Below, in pieces: positions 26,892 through 39,159 of a stretch of DNA of 64,000 nt. Source of the stretch: Octopus vulgaris (taxonomy: Eukaryota). Below the pieces are notes generated by a model. It did not search any database and was not told the DNA's origin. It saw only the letters and a list, made by a program, of their open reading frames with translations. The translations under genes were made by a program, and so were the position numbers. The stretch covers positions 95,666,001 to 95,730,000 of the forward strand of contig OX597818.1 in the NCBI GenBank assembly GCA_951406725.2. The letters are read 5' to 3'. How positions within the stretch are numbered: position 1 is the stretch's first letter; the number at the start of each line of letters is the position of its first letter.

Positions 26892-27953
26892 ATCTGTGTG
26901 TGTGTGTGTGTAGACAGATAGATGACATATAGAGATGATGGGCTTCTTTCAAATTCTGCCTACCAAATCCACTTACAAAGTTCAGGTTGGTCTAGGGCTA
27001 TAGCAGAAGACACTTGTTATAGGGGTCATGCAATAGAACTGAACATGGAACCATGTAGTTGGGAAATGAACTGCTTAACCACACAGCCATGCCTGCGCTT
27101 ATTGTGCCAATGTATCTCATTTTTTAAGAGAAATAAAATGTGATTTGAGGAAGATTTGTCTTCTATTTTTAACAGGTCAACAGGATGACATAATGATTTC
27201 TTTACTAACTCACAAGTCTGTTTGTGCTTCTAGATTTTACCTTTGGTTAAATTATATTTCAAAAAGCATAGTTTACTACTGCTGTTTTGGAGTTACCTCA
27301 TTAAATATTAAAATTATTTTATGTAACTGAAATTTTCTCTCACAAATAATGATTCTTGGAACAAGAAACTACAAACTAACATTATGTACTATTTCCACCA
27401 CTGTCCCCTTCACCTCCATCCAGAATATAAAACAGAAGCACATCAGCCCTTGAATATTACAATCAGGCAACAAAATTTCACATATGAGCAGCAGAAATAT
27501 TCTGAAGAGGTATTTTATATATTTTCAATAGTAACATATAGTGCAGCCTAAAGTCAAGGAGTTAACTAGCTGACCATATAGTCATAAGTTCAACCCCTGC
27601 TACAACCATTATGCTGGTTATTCTTGTCTGCCCATCTGTCAAACAGGAACCAGTTTGGTTACTGGTAGGAAGAGCATGTATAAGTGTCCAGTTTAAATGA
27701 AAAAAAAAATTTAATCACACTTGTACAGACAATTAAAATGAGACAGGGGTACACATCCTTTTACAAATAACCTATTTATGAATAACCTAATATAGCTTTT
27801 ACACTTTAATTGGAGGATGTACCTAATTTTAAACAAAATAAATTCTATTCATTCTATAATAAAAGGTTTTGTTGAGTGTAAAGCAATGTATACAATGAGT
27901 CTGTTCTTAAATCTAGGACATATAAAAAGAATTAATGACTGTTTCACACACAC

Positions 27954-27984
<31 letters not shown>

Positions 27985-28660
27985 AATATACACCAGATGT
28001 TGCATTGTATGGGGGTGAATGAAAGAGGGTTGTGAGCAAGAGAGAGAGCGAGAGACAGACAGAGAAAAGCAGAGTCTCACCTATTATGTTTGTCAATGGA
28101 GACTGACAACTATTGTATTTGGACAGAGATGATATTCAAATACGTTTAATATTTGTCAGCACATTTTCTCAAATGCAGCAATTGCTAACAGATACCTTCA
28201 AATATTGCATTTTTTCATGGAGATATTCAAATATGCTATCAATTAGTCTTGAGGACATATCCAAACTTGCTGTTTGTCAATCCAGTAGAAACTTCCAAAT
28301 ACACATGTTATTTATCAATCAAGATTTGCTATCTGTCACATTCAAACATGCTATTTGACAGTCCAGTTGACACAACCAATTTTATATACCACTTCAGCAG
28401 TCACATCCAAATTATATTAGTTATCAGTCCAGTGGACACTTTTAAATTATTTATATGCCAACCAAGGTAACACATCTCATACTTCCCAATTATTTGCCAG
28501 TATTTTTTCCTATACTTTCATTGCTCTCATACATTTCATCACCACCATCCTCATTGCCTTTACTCCAACCCACTCTTATATAATGCTGGGTAGCCATGTA
28601 TCTCTTCTATAACAAGACATCTATGCCTGACCCTCTATCATATTTTAAGCCTCCCAACTC

Positions 28661-29368
28661 CTAACTCTGAGCACCTTTTCAAACTCCACCTGTTTAACAC
28701 CCGTGGACATGTTTACAAAGTCAGAAAACAGCACAGCTCCCATGACTTTCAAAAACATCTTTTCACGCTAAGAGTTGCTGAAGTATGGGACAAACTGCTG
28801 GCATCAGTTGTTAGTTGTTGGAGCACTGCATCCTTCAAAACTTCCATGCTTCCTGAGATTTGCCAGCACTACACCTGATTTTCTCCCTTCCATACACACG
28901 CAAGCATGTAGCTGACTCATACACTGTTCACTTCCCAGACATTTGTATATTACTGCATATGCTCTATATGCACTTTTGACAAGTTGTGGTGCACCTGAGC
29001 ACTGTATACAATAATTTCATTATTATTTTAACACCCGTGGACATGCTTACAAAGTCAGAAAACAGCACAGCTCCCATGACTTTCGGAAACAATTTTTCAC
29101 GCTAAGAGTTGCTGAAGTATGGAACAAACTGCTGGCATCAGTTGTTAGTTGTTGGAGCACTGCATCCTTCAAAACTTCCATGCTTCCTGAGATTCGCCAA
29201 CACTACACCTCATTTTCTCCCCTCCATAAACATGCAAGCATGTATCTGACTCATACACTTTTCACTTCCCAGACATTTGTACATTACTGCAAATGCTTTA
29301 TACGCACTTTTGACAATTTGTGGTGCACCTGAGCACTGTATACAATAATTTCATCATCATCATCATTA
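28661..29368 (+). mobile_element. Two tandem CR1-group LINE 3' ends (same family as 8759-9560)
   Basis: aacacccgtggacat...gcacctgagcactgtatacaataatttc occurs at ~28697-29026 and ~29030-29368. Confidence 0.85.
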
Positions 29369-29519
29369 TAATATTTGCTGAAGAGTCCTATATCTTACAA
29401 AAGAGTCCTATATCTTACAGTGATTAATTTTGAGATAATAAAACACAATTTAAGAGAGTACAGGATTAGCACCTATTGGGCAATCTCAGACCATCCACAC
29501 ATCCAGCAAAGACAACTGA

Positions 29520-29807
29520 GTGGAGGCACATGAACTAGCGGTTAGAGCAGTGGACTCGCAGTTGAGGGATCGCAGGTTCAAATCTCAGACCGAGTGATGT
29601 CTGTGTTTACGAGCGAAACACCTAAGCTCCACGCGGCTCTGGCAGAAGGTAATGGTGAACTTCTGCTGACTATTTTGCCACAACTTTCTCTCGCTCTTTC
29701 CTCCTCCATCTTGCAGCTCACCTGCGACGGACTGGTGTCCCGTCCAGATGGGGAACCTATATGCCAAGGAAACCGGCCCTTAAGCATGGCTTGAGAAGGA
29801 AGGAACA
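29520..29807 (+). mobile_element. tRNA-derived SINE with 13-bp TSD
   Basis: A/B-box head; TSD CAAAGACAACTGA at 29507-29519 and 29808-29820. Confidence 0.85.
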
Positions 29808-30287
29808 CAAAGACAACTGAAGGGCTCTTGCTATCTCTCTTTCAAGTGAATATATCTCAGAAACTGAAGTTATATACAGGATGCAGTAGAGTTTGTTACT
29901 GTTATCTTTTTTTTTTTTACAGTTCTATATTCATTTGTTGCAAGAGTAAGATGGTCTTTGCAAGTGCAGCTACTTTTGTAACTGGATGCCTTTCCTACAG
30001 CTTATCAATCATGAAGTGGGAGTTAAACAATGCACTTAATTCTTCAGTAACCAGAGTTATATTCATTACTCAAGTGTACAAGAAAGTGGCTGTGATAGTA
30101 AGGTTTGAATTCAATCTTATAGTTGCTGAACCTAGGTTGTATTGATAAAATTATACATCAGTATGTGAAAAATCAATTTTTATGTAAACCTACATAGTGT
30201 TTTCATACACAGGCTTCCAGGAACTGTGAGAAGCTGATGGTTCTTCCTCTGGAGAAGAGAACTGTCAATCATAGTTAACATTCCAGA

Positions 30288-30990
30288 CAGCGGCGGCTCG
30301 TGTATAGGCACTGCAGAATTTCGCCCTATTTCCACTCTATATTATCGATAACATTCAATATAATGAGTCCTATTTTTCTTTAATTCTTTCTTTATTCTGG
30401 TACATTATATAATGCTTAAGCTTAATGTCAGTAGCCATCCCCTAGTTTATGTAAAAGATACAAATATCCTTATATAGAACTGTGCGGTTCACAGTTCCAG
30501 TGATGTGGTATTTGGCTGTTCTGCATATGTTCACATGTCCGAGATAGGAAGCTTCATGCTAGGGAGAGAGAGAGAGCACTGTTGTTCACGCAGTGCCGAC
30601 CCTGGTGTGCTAGTGAAAGGTAGTGTTTCTTTTTGACACTGCATATGTTGTGTTTAAAAATGTGTTTATATTCTTGAATGTAATAAAGTGTAGAATTAGA
30701 TTATTATCCTGCTTCCAGACAGTGTTGTTGCCAGGATTTGAAAAAGAGGGCAGATTTCCTCTCCTTATATTGTGATTAAGGGGAGATTTCTGAAAAACAA
30801 GGGGGAATTTGCGGCGGTGTTCTGTGAACAAATTAAACACACTACCAGGCAGTGGCTAAAACTCGAACTGATTAAGTTTATGTATAAATTTTCTTTTTAA
30901 ATGTTTGTTTCCTTTTACACAATATTAAAACAACGGCTTAAAAATTTCTGAAACAGCATCCCCACTAATTTTATCTATGAGCCGCCACTG
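30288..30990. mobile_element. hAT-type non-autonomous element
   Basis: TIRs CAGCGGCGGCTC / GAGCCGCCACTG; 8-bp TSD ATTCCAGA/ATCCCAGA. Confidence 0.75.
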
Positions 30991-31516
30991 ATCCCAGAGG
31001 ATCTATTTCAAAACAGTAGCATTCAGCACAAGTGCACGATAAAATTCTTGCAATAGATTCGACCTCACGACCTAGAAGTTAGTGGGCAAATACCGTTGCC
31101 CAATTGACTTTTCTGCTTTAACTCCACAATATTCTTGTAGCTTCCCCGAAAATTCCAATACAAACAGTAGTGGCAGGATAACGTGATGGTGGTTGTTGAA
31201 ATGCATTAATAACCAAACAGGCACATTATATTTCTGCCATACGATATCGGAAAACACTGAATTTATATTTCGGCTGCAATGAAATTCCCAAAACTTATAA
31301 AACATTAACTTGAAGGAGCAACGAAATCAGCTTCGAACAAGTGTAAATTTGTCATAGAATAAGTACCGGAAGTATACAGCTGACTAAATGAACGAAACTC
31401 TGGTTCGGAAGGATAATGATGTTTACGTGAGGAATGATAAATACTTATCAGATCCTGATCATTGTGTTTTTGTAACATAAAAATAAACAAAACACACACA
31501 CATATATATATATATA

Positions 31517-31700
31517 GGGGGGAAATTCACGAAAAAACAAAGCAAAATACGAAGACAGGTGGTGTAGAAAACAAACAGATGTATTAGTATAACGCTCGGG
31601 AATTGAAAAAGTCTTTAACGTTTCGAGCCTACGCTCTTCCACAAAAGAACACAGAAAGAAACAAGAGAAAAAAAAATGTGTGTAGTGGCTACCGATCAAA
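31517..31700 (-). mobile_element. Penelope-like element terminal-repeat remnant with degenerate minimal hammerhead motif
   Basis: Minus strand TTGTGGA-A-GAGC(GTAG)GCTC-GAAA-CGTT resembles the hammerhead layout of Penelope pLTRs, including palindromic AACGTT. Confidence 0.5.
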
Positions 31701-32011
31701 GAGAACAATTTTTTCTTAGTGGTCAGATTATATGGGGTCTACATTTAGCATATAGGAATCAACCTAGTGGTCATTCCTCTTATATGTAATATATATATAT
31801 ATATATTTAAGAGCGAAAGAAGGCGTGTAACTGTCAAAAGACGGCCAAGGGTTCTACCAATGGAAATTTCATTTACAGAATATGAGTATTATATATATAT
31901 ATAAAAAAAAACCCAAGTATTTTGGCAACATACAGATGCACTCTTTGTAGCGATTTATAATTAATGTTTTAATATATGGTATCACTAATTGGTTAATTAA
32001 AAATTACTTAC

Positions 32012-32070
32012 CAATTCCGAGGCCTCATCGAACAGCTTCTCCACTTGACGTACATGGCCTTGTTTCTCAA
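32012..32070 (-). CDS. VTI1A: VTI1A exon 2
   Basis: 59 nt; VEKQGHVRQVEKLFDEASEL; AG/GT boundaries. Confidence 0.92.
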
Positions 32071-32486
32071 CTGTTAAAAACAAAAACAAAATCAGCATAT
32101 AATTGTTGCTAGTATTTACAGTTGACGCAACCGGAGGAAAAGAGCAAAAATTAAACAGGTGTGTGTGTGAGTGTTGTGAAGTTATATTTTTTGTTAAACA
32201 CTTGAGAAGTTATATTTTCAAAACAATACTTGTGAAGTTATATTTATGATCTGACAATCTTAAGACAGTGAGAAATCTCTGTAAAACCAGGCGAAAGGAA
32301 AGATAACATACTGTCGAGGTGGCACAAGTGAATTACGTTACATTTTATATATTAATTATAGTCAAGGCGATCAGTTCAACTGGCAGCTGACTCGAGAAAA
32401 CATTGGTTTTATGAACACATTAGAGCCAAAAATAGCTGTGAAAATTCGAAAATTGAAAAAGGATCTGATAAAATGAATTGATTTAC

Positions 32487-32580
32487 CTCCATGTGAAAGA
32501 GTTATTTTTCCAATGAGATGAGTTATATCAGCAGTTAATGTGGAATATTGCTGTTGATAAGACTCCAACAACGAAGTCAT
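32487..32580 (-). CDS. VTI1A: VTI1A exon 1 (start); full CDS 651 nt = 216 aa Qb-SNARE
   Basis: MTSLLESYQQQYSTLTADITHLIGKITLSHG|gtaaat; the eight exons (94,59,111,72,85,71,62,97 nt) splice in frame. Confidence 0.92.
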
Positions 32581-32701
32581 GTTGTTCGAGGTGACAACGA
32601 GTAGACGGCGCTTTCTACTTCCGCTTAGCCTCTTTCTCACCAGCGACATTAAGGTGGAAGCAGTGATTTCTACATCGCCAGCTTTTTAATCCATCAACAT
32701 C
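32581..32701. promoter_or_regulatory. RPL34: Compact bidirectional promoter for VTI1A/RPL34, including the RPL34 non-coding first exon (5'TOP)
   Basis: CpG-containing stretch; ETS-type ACTTCCG at 32617-32623; TCT/TOP-like pyrimidine runs at ~32629-32638 and ~32682-32687; donor c|gtaag at 32701/32702. Confidence 0.7.
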
Positions 32702-33563
32702 GTAAGAATTCTTCATTTTTCAAACTTATATATGATCTTGTTTTATTTGTTATTCGTTCTATTATGTTTGGGGCTATTTTTTTTATAAATGTATTTCCCT
32801 GTTTGTCACAATAGATTGTTCGTGTTTCGAAGCATGTCTCCTCCAACGATCCTGAAAGCACTCACACATTTACTTTTTTAAAAGTTATTCTCTCAATCAT
32901 ATTCACTAATTTCTAATAGATTTGATCTCATTTAAAATAAGATATTATAAGCTAAAATAAGGTATAAACAAAAATGCTTAATAAGTTCAGTATAGCTGAT
33001 CATAAATCATATAACCACAGACATGCACATTTGAACCACGCTGTTCTCTATAAAGACTATAAAACGTGTATACCTTGATGTCCAGTCGTCAATTTAGGTT
33101 CTAAATTCTGTATGAAAAATAGTTTCGAGCTATCTTTAATTTTGACCCTAAAATTCTTAGATATTTGCCAGAAAACTTAAAAGTAGCTTAGTAAACAAGT
33201 TTCAAACCCGGGCTTATCTTTAGATATTTCAACCCAATCTTTATATATTTTCTAGTGTGTGCTTCTTGAAATTAAAAAAAATTAAAAATCACCAAAGACC
33301 CCCAACAACCGTATCAGGATTTGAAATTAGAAAGGTGGCGTTATTGAGTTTCTCCTCACCGGCGGTGTGTATTAGAAATATACCATGTGTCTGAATTATA
33401 TTTTTAATTTAAAAGCCAACGTGGATGCCTCTACGGGATAGTTCGATCTGCGTGAAAAAACATTCAAGTTATCCCTACTGACATAATTTGGACGGAAGTA
33501 GAAAATTTAATTACTAGAAAGCAGTTTATCTTGTTCTATAGACTTTTTGTCTTACAGAAAAAA

Positions 33564-33856
33564 GTTTATTTATTGCTTCATAATAATTTTTAGTATAACA
33601 ATATATTGATGAATAATTTTTGTTTCTTCTGTTCAGAGGAAACCAATTAGAAGTATGATTACATAAATTGATCAAAACATCATTTCCCTGTAACCCCTCA
33701 TCACATAAATTTACCTCGTTGCATTGGTAAAGTGATGCTTGCGCGCCACACATTATTCTTCTTTACTAGCTAACATTTATTTTATATACATAAAATCCCG
33801 ATTGAAGAGAAATTTCTAAATTTTCCTCTGACTCTAAAAAAAAAACTGATTACCAC
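33564..33856 (+). repeat. ~290-bp direct duplication, copy 1 (RPL34 intron 1)
   Basis: Near-identical to 35203-35483. Confidence 0.9.
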
Positions 33857-34414
33857 CACCTTATCCATAACGTTTAGTATCTTAATAGATGATTATTGAG
33901 ATATGTAAAAGTTTAAAATACTTTAATTGTAATATACATTAAAAAAAAATTCTGCATTCTGAAAAAAACTTGTGAGAAGGGAGAATGATGTTTCTAACGA
34001 AAGTTATGAGGAAACAGTAGGAGAATTATGTGAAACAACTACAGTAAAGAAAAATGAATTTTACAATTTTTTTACGATATTATCGTAATCGACACCGTTT
34101 AAAATGTATTTAGAAAAATTCCATTTTCAAAATGTGCATTTTTAAGAAAGTTATGGGGAAACAAAATCAGGGGAGGTGACAAACTTTTACACTTTTGTAG
34201 TTTTGTCAAGGTATTTTATCGAATGAACAGTAAGCAGCAACTAATTGTAATCCATTTGTGTGCAGTGAGTGGATTTTAATTAATTGTTCATGTGTCTTGT
34301 TTTTCTTCAAATTTCATCTCACTTTCTAGTGTTCATATAACAGATTAAAGTTCATATGTATTTCTCCAACATCCTCTTTGGTAGAACTTTAATCAGACTC
34401 TTTCTAATTTCTAG

Positions 34415-34479
34415 ATGACTCAAAGACTTACATTCAGACGTCGACTGTCTTACAATACCAAGTCTAACCGAAGGAAGGT
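34415..34479 (+). CDS. RPL34: RPL34 (eL34) first coding exon; full CDS 342 nt = 113 aa
   Basis: ctag|ATG MTQRLTFRRRLSYNTKSNRRK(V)|gtaagt, the eL34 N-terminal signature. Confidence 0.97.
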
Positions 34480-35202
34480 GTAAGTATTTTAAATGTCTCT
34501 TTCAAACTTCTGAGCATTTTTTGCTTTGTGTCTATCATGTCTGCATAAATGAGATAGATTTTACATTTGATATACTTCCTGTCTTAGTGTTTTGGTCAGA
34601 CACAACATAAATGATATACAAGTGAGGTTACTATGTATGACTTTATGGTCATAAGCCAAACATTATAAACTTTGGTCATTTTCTTCTGTTTGAGTGATAA
34701 GGGAAATTGGAAGATAAATTACAATGTAAAGCTAAATTATCAGTAATTTTAGTTCATTAATTTAATGCTTTTTTTTCTGTAATCAAATTATTTAATTTAA
34801 GTGTAATCTAAGGGAAAACATAGAGAGAGATAACACCATGTTAACTTAACTTCACTGACTTTTAACCCCAAAAGCATTGGGATTTGCACTTACATAGCAT
34901 GGACAGCTGAGCACATTTTATGAAAATGAGACTACCATGCGCACAAGAAAAATAGTTAAAATACCTTCTTAAGTTTTATATCATCTGAAAAGTCATTAGT
35001 TGAACTATTAGTCCTCTTGCATTCTGGGGTGTATTGGAGTGTTTGAGTAACATTAGACCCCAACAAACGCCCATAAATTAAATGCAACTATCTGGGCCAC
35101 GATCGTGGCCTGTCGACCTGTGCTTGATGGCCATGATCATAGCCTGTTGTGCTTTAAGTGTTAATTTATCTAATATCTGTAAATAGCTTTTCCACTGTAT
35201 TT

Positions 35203-35483
35203 GTTTATTTATTGCTTCATAATAATTTTTAGTATAACAATATATTGATGAATAATTTTTGTTTCTTCTGTTCAGAGGAAACCAATTAGAAGTATGATAA
35301 CATAAATTGATCAAAACATCATTTCCCTGTAACCCCTCATCACATAAATTTACCCCGTTGCATTGGTAAAGTGATTGCTTGCACACCACACATTATTCTT
35401 CTTTACTAGCTAACAAATTTATTTTATATACATAAAATCCTGACTGAAGAGAAATTTCTAAATTTTCCTCTGACTGATTACCA
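35203..35483 (+). repeat. ~280-bp direct duplication, copy 2 (RPL34 intron 2)
   Basis: Near-identical to 33564-33856. Confidence 0.9.
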
Positions 35484-36047
35484 CACACAAACATATAGTT
35501 GTATATTGCTTTTGTACACTTTCCATGCTAGATGAATGCATGTTATTTCAGGCATGGTTTTGCAGCCAGATACTAACTCTTAAGCTGTTTTCCAAGTAAG
35601 GGAGTCTTTAACCTACTTGTCTTTAAAAGCTCAAATACTAGACAATTTGTTCAGAGAAATGTCAGCATCATTTGTAACTCAGCCTTTTTCTTTTTAGGCA
35701 TAGAATGTACATGTTGGGTTTAATACAGTTTCTGGTTACCAGATTCATTTACAAGGTATTGGTCAGTATGATGATGCAGTTAAAGAGTTTTAAACTTGTT
35801 CAAGTTGCCACACTGGGACTGAATCCAAAACTGTGCAGTTGCAAAATGAACCTCTTTACCACACAAACTTATATCTGGTTATAAGATAGCCTCATAGGAA
35901 AGAATCAAGTTGGGTTGGTGGTATCTCTGGTGTTGCATTTTAAACAAACTTAACTGAAAGATAATTTTGTTAAATGTTCATATTTGTGAAATGGCTGTAA
36001 ATTAACACATATTTTTATTTCTTTTCTGTGATGATGAACAAAAACAG

Positions 36048-36061
36048 CTCCAAGACCCCTG
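36048..36061 (+). CDS. RPL34: RPL34 14-nt microexon (SKTP)
   Basis: aacag|CTCCAAGACCCCTG|gtaagt supplies the conserved KTPG and is needed to keep frame between 34479 and 36640. Confidence 0.9.
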
Positions 36062-36639
36062 GTAAGTGTGTTATTCTTTGTTTTGTATCAAATATTAGTT
36101 TGTAGTGAAAGAGCTGATAGTCTATTAGAGATTTTGGAACCTGTTATAGAAAAAAATCTGACTAGTAGGTCTTTCAAAGTATCGAGGTTTTGATTTAGGA
36201 AAATAATTAGCAAGACAAGTCAATGAGAACTCTTTTTGAATGTTCGACCTGCTAGAAATAGCAACCAAGTTTCCCTTGAATCATACCTTAGTGACTTTAT
36301 TACATTTATACCCTATGTTCTGTTTTGGTTGTCTTCAAGGAACACCACATTTACAATTAGGATGAGACCTTGATACACAAATGACCAAATTCAGTATTGC
36401 TACTTGTGTTCTTATTTCAATATTTAAATATTATGGAGGTAAATAGTCCAGAACAATACACACATACAGAATATGAAAATAAGACTGATGATAACAAACC
36501 TACTAAAATGTTTACATTTACACTAATTCAGTGACATTTTTGTCAATAGAAAGATTTATTCACCATTCCATCATTAGATATGTGAACATCTTGGTTATAT
36601 TGTTTATATATATTGTTTATAATTTTTTTTTTTTTTCAG

Positions 36640-36719
36640 GTGGTAAACTTGTATATCTTTACGTAAAAAAACTCGGTACCATACCTCGATGTGGTGATTG
36701 CAAGGAACCTTTGAGAGGA
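36640..36719 (+). CDS. RPL34: RPL34 exon
   Basis: GKLVYLYVKKLGTIPRCGDCKEPLRG; AG/GT boundaries. Confidence 0.97.
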
Positions 36720-38645
36720 GTAAGTTGATATGTGTATTTTCCCTGATAAAGTGTTTGTACACAATGCCTTTTTCATTTTCCCATAAGACTGAAAACTAAT
36801 AAAAAACAGTTCTATAAAGATGTAGGTTGCCTACTTCGTTAGATCATAGTTTCTTGACCATTTACAGAAGACTTGTGTAAATTAGATACTAACTACTACT
36901 GTCCCTATCCTTTACCACTCATGTAATTAAGGTGGTGGCTGTAATTATTGAATGTAAATAACTTGAATGAGTTTATTAGGTACATTATTCATATATGGAT
37001 AAATATAGTAGACATTGTCTATTACTTGTGATTCCTGTTGCAAATAAATTTAGTATATTTGAATTAAAGACATGACTGCTATTATCTTTTATGTAAAGTA
37101 CATTCTTTGCTAATTTGGTTAAAATAAGCATAATATAGCAGGCATTGTTCATTAGTACAATAAAAGCACCTATGATAGAAGTAAGAATGATTCTATATCA
37201 TGCTTGAGTAGCTTTCCAGAACCCCTATATAACTTTATTCATTACTCCCATTCATATTTCCACCCTAATATAAATTTACTTGCTATCCTCTCAATGGTTC
37301 TTAATGTGCCATGTCCAGTAGAATGGATTTCATTGAGAATCACTGATCTAGATAAGAAACAAGCTGTCCACTCTGACAGCAATTTTCATTAGTTTTATTG
37401 GAATATAGTTTAAATTTTAAACATTCTTTATGGCTTAATCACTGGGAACTCTTATGCATATTATAAGCATCTTTAAAAGTATCCTACAGTATATCTAAAA
37501 AAATACTTGTAAAAGTCCTAGAATTTTTTTGATTGATACTGGACTCCCAACTACATGGTTGTTCCACGTTCAGTCCCACTGCATGGAACTTTGGACAGAA
37601 ATTTTTTATATGTTTATTGGGAAGAGTATTTCTTCAAAAAATCTGTCTTCTATTCAATTTGTGTCAAAATGCCTACAAGAGGTTCATCTCAATTTCTATT
37701 TCTTCTTTCTCATTTTTACTGCTTTTGACACCATTATATTCCAAACATCCATTTAATGACAATTATTCAAACTCTTATTTTCATAATTAATCCTTTAGCA
37801 TTCATATTACTCAGTCAAATGTAGTGCTTATTTATTCACCTTGTTTTGAATTAATCATACATTATCTTGTAGCTTCAAGATTTTGATGATGTGATTGTTA
37901 TTTCTTAGAATGACATTGTAGAATAGGTATGAGAGGTTGGGTCTAATTAGTTTGGGTTGGATATGGCTAGTTTAATTCAAAGTTAGTGTTTCAATGGAAA
38001 TATACTAACAAAATGGTTAAAATCTTTGTCAAAATCCAGTCAGTAGCATTTTTGAAAATGTCAGCCACAGAAACACTGGCTGTTAAAATTGTACACCAAA
38101 AGTTAATAAGAATTGTAGGCTGTTTTTCTGTGTGATTTAATGAATTTCCATCTTCCACTTGTTTCAAAGGAATGTGGCCATGCTAAAGCACTGCCTTGAA
38201 GAGTTTGGTTGAACAAATCAATCTCAATACTTATTCTTTTTAAAGTCTTGTACTATTTTATTGGTCTCTTACTGAACTGCTAAGTTAAGGGGCATAAACA
38301 AACCATCAACAGGTTAAGTGGTTGGGGACAAACACATACATATGATGGGCTCCCTCAATTTCTGTGTACCAAATTCTCTTACAAGAAACTTGCCCAAGGT
38401 GCTGTGCAGTGGGACTGAACCTGAAAACACATGGTTGCAAAGTGAGCTTCTTAACTACACATAGCTGTACCCAGCAATTTAAAATTTTATAAGGCAGTAT
38501 AAAATTCCATGATATCTTGTGAGGACTTACTAGCTAGCATGTTGTCACAAATACCTATGATGGGGAGACAAGCCACATAATTCATGCAACAAGATTTTAA
38601 TGTCTAAAAATTTGTGGTAACTTTTGTTTCATTTGTTCAATTCAG

Positions 38646-38749
38646 ATCACTCCAGCCAGACCCATTAAATGGATGTCTATGTCCCGACGACACAAGAAGG
38701 TATCCCGAGCATATGGAGGTTCGAGGTGTCACAAATGTGTTAGAAACAG
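38646..38749 (+). CDS. RPL34: RPL34 exon
   Basis: ITPARPIKWMSMSRRHKKVSRAYGGSRCHKCVRNR; 104 nt. Confidence 0.97.
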
Positions 38750-38952
38750 GTATGTTTTCACATTTCATACAATAAGATGCAAGTGTATTTTACAAGTTTA
38801 ATAGTCAGTGTCGCATTGATCTTGGTGGTTGTTTTCAGTTTCTTTATCCTGATCTTACTGGTTCCATAAGTCAGCAGAAAGGGTCGGTTGACAGTATGTA
38901 CTGAGTAGGTTTACACTGGTTTGTGTTTAAATAGTTATGGAAATATGATAAC

Positions 38953-39016
38953 CAGTCAATTACAATTAAGCACTGAACTGTAACTATCTTCTGAAAAGAG
39001 CAAGGCTCATTAATTT
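38953..39016 (+). pseudogene. Decayed paralogue of the C/D snoRNA
   Basis: cagtcaattacaattaagcactgaactgtaactatcttctga...gctcattaa aligns to the snoRNA; boxes are broken. Confidence 0.55.
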
Positions 39017-39159
39017 CTGCAGTGAATGTTGGGTAGCTGAATATCATGGGTTATCACTGGGACAAGCAGAATCTTCAATTGATTATTGATCTGTATTATC
39101 ACAGATCTGTGTAACATGGTTCACAGTTGAGCATAGTGTGTTATCCCAGATCAGTTATC

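Noticed and set aside
32581-32649. N-terminal extension of VTI1A in ORF 32371-32649
   Set aside because: Homology and exon size fit a start at 32580; the upstream part overlaps the promoter/TOP region.
35761-35822. ggtcagtATGATGA...CTGA as another C/D snoRNA in RPL34 intron 2
   Set aside because: Lies within a decayed minus-strand SINE; no terminal stem or recognisable rRNA guide.
36028-36037. GTGATGATGA C-box-like word before the microexon
   Set aside because: Only ~10 nt from the splice acceptor, leaving no room for an intronic D box.
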